This document shows positions 59,989-64,000 of a DNA stretch of 64,000 nucleotides, one piece after another. The notes beneath the pieces are model-generated. The model did not search any database. It saw only the letters and a program-made list of their open reading frames with translations, and was not told where the DNA came from. Origin of the DNA: Candidatus Babeliales bacterium. Its GTDB lineage: Bacteria; Babelota; Babeliae; Babelales; JACPOV01. Location: NCBI GenBank assembly GCA_050250855.1, contig JBFWNW010000001.1, positions 192,001-256,000 of the forward strand, read 5' to 3'. Positions within the stretch are counted from its first letter, which is position 1. Every line of letters begins with the position of its first letter. The position numbers and the translations under genes are program-made.

Positions 59989-61001
59989 GAATAGCAATTA
60001 ATGGTTTTGGAAGAATAGGAAAAAATTTTTTACGCACTATTATGCTTGATCCAGCAGCATTGCATGGACTTGACGTTGCTGTTATTAATATTGGTCCGGC
60101 AGATAAAGAGTATGTAGGTCTTTTTTTTAAGTACGACACTATTATGGGCCATTATCCAGGGACCGTGGAGCAAAGAGGTTCTACCTTAATTATCGATGGT
60201 AAATCAATAGAAATTATACAAGAACTAGATCCATTACAATGTCCTTGGAAAAAAATGTCGATTGATTGGGTAGTTGATTGTTCGGGTAAATTTACCACGC
60301 GCGCAGGAGCAGAAAAGCATTTGAAAGCGGGAGCAGGTGCAGTACTTATTTCAGCGCCAGCAAAGGATGAAGATATTTCTATTGTTCCTGGTGTTAATGA
60401 ATCACTATATAAAAAAAGTAATCATAAAATAGTTTCTCTTGGCAGTTGTACAACCAATGCATTTTGCACCATGCTTAAAGTATTGCATGATGAACTTACT
60501 GTTGAATCTGGTTATATGACAACCGTGCACTCGTACACAAACTCGCAAGCATTGCTTGATCTTCCTATGGACGCTAAAGATCCACGGCGTTCACGCGCTG
60601 CTGCTCTTAATATTGTGCCGACATCGACGGGTGCTGCAAGAATGGTAGATATTATTTTTCCTGAATTGAAAGGAAAAATAAATGCATCGGCAGTGCGCGT
60701 TCCAGTCGGCAATGTTTCTCTGGTAGATTTTGTTTTTTCTGCTAAAAAAAATGCGTCAGTCAAGCAGTTGAATGATCTGTTTATGCTGGCAGCAACAACA
60801 TCGCTTAAAGGTATTGTTGATGTGGCAACCGAACCATTAGTTTCTAGTGATTTTATTGGCGATGCCGCTTCTGTTATTATTGATACGCTTTCAACAAGCG
60901 CGAATGGACCATTAATGCATGTTGCAGGATGGTATGATAATGAATGGGGTTACAGCTCTCGCATGAAAGATTTTTTACTTTTTATTAAAGGAATGGCATG
61001 A
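59985..61001 (+). CDS. gap: glyceraldehyde-3-phosphate dehydrogenase type I
   Basis: INGFGRIG, SCTTN, RVPV, WYDNEWGY. Confidence 0.96.
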   Translation: MRIAINGFGRIGKNFLRTIMLDPAALHGLDVAVINIGPADKEYVGLFFKYDTIMGHYPGTVEQRGSTLIIDGKSIEIIQELDPLQCPWKKMSIDWVVDCSGKFTTRAGAEKHLKAGAGAVLISAPAKDEDISIVPGVNESLYKKSNHKIVSLGSCTTNAFCTMLKVLHDELTVESGYMTTVHSYTNSQALLDLPMDAKDPRRSRAAALNIVPTSTGAARMVDIIFPELKGKINASAVRVPVGNVSLVDFVFSAKKNASVKQLNDLFMLAATTSLKGIVDVATEPLVSSDFIGDAASVIIDTLSTSANGPLMHVAGWYDNEWGYSSRMKDFLLFIKGMA

Positions 61002-61783
61002 AAAGAGCATCTTTGTTTGCGTTGCTGCTAATTGCAGCATTGCATGCATCAGATTCTGAAAATAGTTTTGTACATATTAGTTCTGATAATGAAAGTCAAA
61101 AATCTTTTGTTTTGTTGGGTAGTTCTCATTCTTCAGTAAGAGCACAGGCTTCACCTGATTCTCAGAGTTTAGATAACTCAGATTCCTCAATGGAAAAGCA
61201 CTATTCAAGCTGCCAAGGCTCTGAAGATGAAGATAATTTTGGTATTAAACCTCAAAAACCAAGATCATTTGCTAGTGTTGTTGGGCAAGAACCTAAGGAA
61301 AATGAGTTTTATATTGAATTTAAAGATGGACCATTTAGAAATATTATAAGTGAGATTTACTTTAAGGGTGGCAGTTCTAATTATGAACTTTCTGAAACGC
61401 AAAAGGAGCCGAAATATTATTCTTTTTTTTGTATTCCTTTGCTGTGTATAAAAAAACCTGTAGAGGCAAAGCCTGCATATTATGATGATGCGCTTAATTT
61501 GTATAAAAAAATAGAAGAGGTTGTCAGCAAAAATAGTGGCACTCTTAGTCCAGGAAAAGCCAATGCTGAACACGTAATTGGGCTTAACCTGAATATGCCA
61601 TGGTCTGAGCAAGAGGGATTTGCTTTTATACAGAACGATTTAGCTTTTTTTGAAAAGTATATAAAGGAAACTGGTACGCTTGAGCCCGAGTTTCAACCTG
61701 CAGTAGAGCAAGAAGAGATTGGTGTGCGATCTTCTACGAAGAATAGTGATAGCAGTAGTAATAGTAAAGAACATATGGAATAA
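60998..61783 (+). CDS. secreted Ser/acidic-rich hypothetical protein
   Basis: Signal peptide ending LHA; disordered termini; overlaps gap stop (ATGA). Confidence 0.75.
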   Translation: MKRASLFALLLIAALHASDSENSFVHISSDNESQKSFVLLGSSHSSVRAQASPDSQSLDNSDSSMEKHYSSCQGSEDEDNFGIKPQKPRSFASVVGQEPKENEFYIEFKDGPFRNIISEIYFKGGSSNYELSETQKEPKYYSFFCIPLLCIKKPVEAKPAYYDDALNLYKKIEEVVSKNSGTLSPGKANAEHVIGLNLNMPWSEQEGFAFIQNDLAFFEKYIKETGTLEPEFQPAVEQEEIGVRSSTKNSDSSSNSKEHME

Positions 61784-61846
61784 ATGAACCATTTTTCTTC
61801 ACAAATTCCTAAATTTCTGTATTATAGAGCTAACATATCTTAAGTG

Positions 61847-61923
61847 GGGCCCATAGCTCAGTTGGTCAGAGCAATCGGCTCATAACCGAGAGGTCCCAGG
61901 TTCAAGTCCTGGTGGGCCCACCA
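61847..61923 (+). tRNA. tRNA with CAT anticodon, most likely tRNA-Ile2 (lysidine-modified)
   Basis: GGGCCCA/TGGGCCC acceptor stem, D-arm, CTCATAA loop, GGTTCAAGTCC T-arm, encoded CCA; CGGCTCATAACCG arm as in Ile2 tRNAs. Confidence 0.9.
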
Positions 61924-61986
61924 CAAAGAGCATGTCTATCCCTTATACGGTATCAGTACGCAAAACCATACGAAGGGTTTTAAGCT

Positions 61987-62694
61987 ATGAATCAACAATC
62001 TTTACAAACGTTAATTGCTTTAGTTGAATTTGATCAAGAGCTATTGGCTGTAGAACGATCAGTTGAAAAGCTTCAATATGAACTTGAGGAAGCGCGAAAA
62101 GAATCTACGTTATGCCATGAAGGCCTTGATCGCGTGCAAACAGCAAAGCATGTTTACAAGAAAGAAGTTGACCTTAAAGAGCTTGAAATGAAAACGCTTG
62201 ATCAAGAGCAAAAAGATGCGCGTAAACGGCTTGATGGTGCTGCAAATCAGCGAGAATATAATTCTGTATTAAAAGAAGTTGAAGCGCTGCAAAAAAAGCA
62301 AAATATCCTGGAAGAAGAGTTGCTTGCTTTGTGGAAAAAGTATGAGCATGCGGAAGCTGAAGTAAAAGAAAGAAAAGTTGAGTGCGATAACAGACTTGTT
62401 TCTTTAAACACCGTCATTACTGAAAAAATGCAAGCTATAAATAGTATGCAAGAAAAGTTAGCGGAGCTTAAAAAAGTACGTGATGAAAAAGTAAAAAATG
62501 TTCCTGAAGAACTTATGGAAAAATACAATGCTATGTACAAGCAGGTAGCAAATCCTATCGTCCCTATTGGAAAAAATAGTTGCTCTGCGTGTTTTTATCC
62601 TTTAACAAGGCAAATGGTTATTGATACGCAGCAAGGAAAACTATTGCAGTGCAAGGATTGTTTTAGATTTTTATATTACAAAGAAGGTTTGTAA
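61987..62694 (+). CDS. C4-type zinc-ribbon coiled-coil protein (DUF164/CdsZ-FlgZ-like)
   Basis: Long coiled coil, NQREY, C-terminal CSAC...CKDC.RFLY. Confidence 0.88.
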   Translation: MNQQSLQTLIALVEFDQELLAVERSVEKLQYELEEARKESTLCHEGLDRVQTAKHVYKKEVDLKELEMKTLDQEQKDARKRLDGAANQREYNSVLKEVEALQKKQNILEEELLALWKKYEHAEAEVKERKVECDNRLVSLNTVITEKMQAINSMQEKLAELKKVRDEKVKNVPEELMEKYNAMYKQVANPIVPIGKNSCSACFYPLTRQMVIDTQQGKLLQCKDCFRFLYYKEGL

Positions 62695-62706
62695 GAGTTT
62701 AAACTG

Positions 62707-63222
62707 ATGAAGCAATTAACCTTTTTTAATGATTGTACTGATCCTATTAAACCATTAGAAAAAGATTCACAATCTTGGAAACTTTTTATTGATGGTGCAT
62801 CACGCAATAACCCTGGCCGTTCTGGTGCAGGAGTGTATCTGTTAAAGAATGAAGAACCTGTTTATAAAGAAGGTTTTTATTTAGGTATTAAAACGAATAA
62901 TCAAGCAGAATATTTAGCATTATTGCTGGGTATTTTTTCAGTAAAAAATTTATTAAATCCTGAAGATATTTTATATGTTGTTTCTGATTCTGAGCTTTTA
63001 GTCAGACAAATTAAGGGGGAGTACAAAGTTAAAAAGCCAGAACTAAAACTTCTTTACACGTGTGTTTTTTCTATGCTCAAAGATATTAACTATTCTTTTT
63101 GCCATGTACTGCGCCATTTGAATAAAGAGGCTGATGCATTAGCAAATAAAGGCATAGATGATGGTACGCCAGTTCCTCAAGATTTTTCTTTACTGCTTGC
63201 AAACCATGGTTTTAAACTCTAG
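62707..63222 (+). CDS. rnhA: ribonuclease HI
   Basis: DGASRNNPG, TNNQAEY, SDSELLV.Q, H..R..NKEADALAN. Confidence 0.93.
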   Translation: MKQLTFFNDCTDPIKPLEKDSQSWKLFIDGASRNNPGRSGAGVYLLKNEEPVYKEGFYLGIKTNNQAEYLALLLGIFSVKNLLNPEDILYVVSDSELLVRQIKGEYKVKKPELKLLYTCVFSMLKDINYSFCHVLRHLNKEADALANKGIDDGTPVPQDFSLLLANHGFKL

Positions 63223-64000
63223 GTTTTTATTTTTTATAATTCTTGTGTTTGCTATGCAAGTACAAGCTCGTTCAAAGCGCGATGTAAAACAGCTTCCCCT
63301 TTCATCTCTTGTTGGTGCAGATATTGTACTTAAAAAAAAATTTTCAAAAGCATGGTGCAGTAGAAATGGTTTAGCATTTCTGTGTAATCATTGCCTTGCT
63401 AAAAGCAAGACATTTTTAGTGCCACGAGAAGCTTGTGTACAATCTCGTTTGCATAATCAGATCAAACAGTTTGAATCGTTACATAAAGAAAAACAGTTAG
63501 CATCATTTTTTTCATTTATGGTGCGCGTTTTGCTACAAGAAAAATTACTGAACTCCCCTGATGAATGGGTTATAAAAAGTCATGGTGGTTTTATGATTTC
63601 ATCAGCAGATCAGCCAGGAAAGCAGTTGTTTTATCCTTCAAATACACTATCTATTAAAACGCATGCTAATGCATTATATCTTGATAATAAGCGTTGTGAT
63701 GCACAAAAAATTATGATAAAACCAGCGCATGGTTATTTGCATTATGATGATTATCATTATCAAGGAGCGTTTTTGGTTGTCATAGACCAAGAACGTGCTT
63801 ATTTAATAAGTCAGCTTGATATTGAGGATTATATTTTTTCTGTGCTGCGTTGGGAAAGTTGGCCAGGGTGGCCGGTTGAGGTCAATAAAGCATTTGCGAT
63901 TGCTTGCAGAAGTTATTTAATTGCTAAAGTGTTGCAAGCGAATAAAAAAAATAGCTTGTACCACATTAAAAATTCTAATATTCACCAAACCTATAATGGT
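63206..64000 (+). CDS. SpoIID/LytB-domain protein, partial (runs off window end)
   Basis: Hand translation: signal peptide MVLNSRFLFFIILVFAMQVQA, then YQGAFLV..LDIEDYIFSVLRWESWPGWPVEVNKAFAIACRSY. Confidence 0.85.
   Translation, partial: MVLNSRFLFFIILVFAMQVQARSKRDVKQLPLSSLVGADIVLKKKFSKAWCSRNGLAFLCNHCLAKSKTFLVPREACVQSRLHNQIKQFESLHKEKQLASFFSFMVRVLLQEKLLNSPDEWVIKSHGGFMISSADQPGKQLFYPSNTLSIKTHANALYLDNKRCDAQKIMIKPAHGYLHYDDYHYQGAFLVVIDQERAYLISQLDIEDYIFSVLRWESWPGWPVEVNKAFAIACRSYLIAKVLQANKKNSLYHIKNSNIHQTYNG

Noticed and set aside
61847..61923. tRNA as initiator/elongator Met or as an integration site
   Set aside because: It has a paired G1-C72 and lacks the three G-C anticodon pairs of fMet; the arm resembles Ile2. 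No integrase or duplicated 3' end nearby

Overview
AT-rich bacterial chromosomal window made up mostly of housekeeping genes. It holds the str-S10-spc-alpha ribosomal superoperon (rpsL to rplQ, ~30.4-49.6 kb), ffh-rpsP-khpA-trmD-rplS, cdaA-cdaR-glmM, trpS, pcrA/uvrD, hflX, murC, two photolyases, yidC, recR, rseP, sbcC, nfo, gap, RNase HI and a tRNA with a CAT anticodon. Many orphan signal-peptide proteins are interspersed (coiled-coil, Ser-rich, ankyrin-like, Cys-rich). This content, with no L30 in spc, suggests a host-dependent protist parasite such as Babeliae/Dependentiae (TM6); that is inference, not a database result. Most notable: (1) a two-gene unit encoding a Cys-rich outer-membrane beta-barrel-like protein and a secreted algal/cyanobacterial-type vanadium haloperoxidase with an unusual S->Q active-site change; (2) a CdaA that has lost both catalytic motifs but remains in its operon; (3) secreted orphans with eukaryote-like motifs (ankyrin+F-box-like, tandem LIR-like); (4) a TrmD-TM1570 double-SPOUT fusion; (5) two copies of a REP-like palindromic element with compensatory changes; (6) ribosomal oddities (N-terminally truncated S4, S12 K88P, rplM without rpsI). 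No CRISPR array, rRNA, transposase or integrase was seen.
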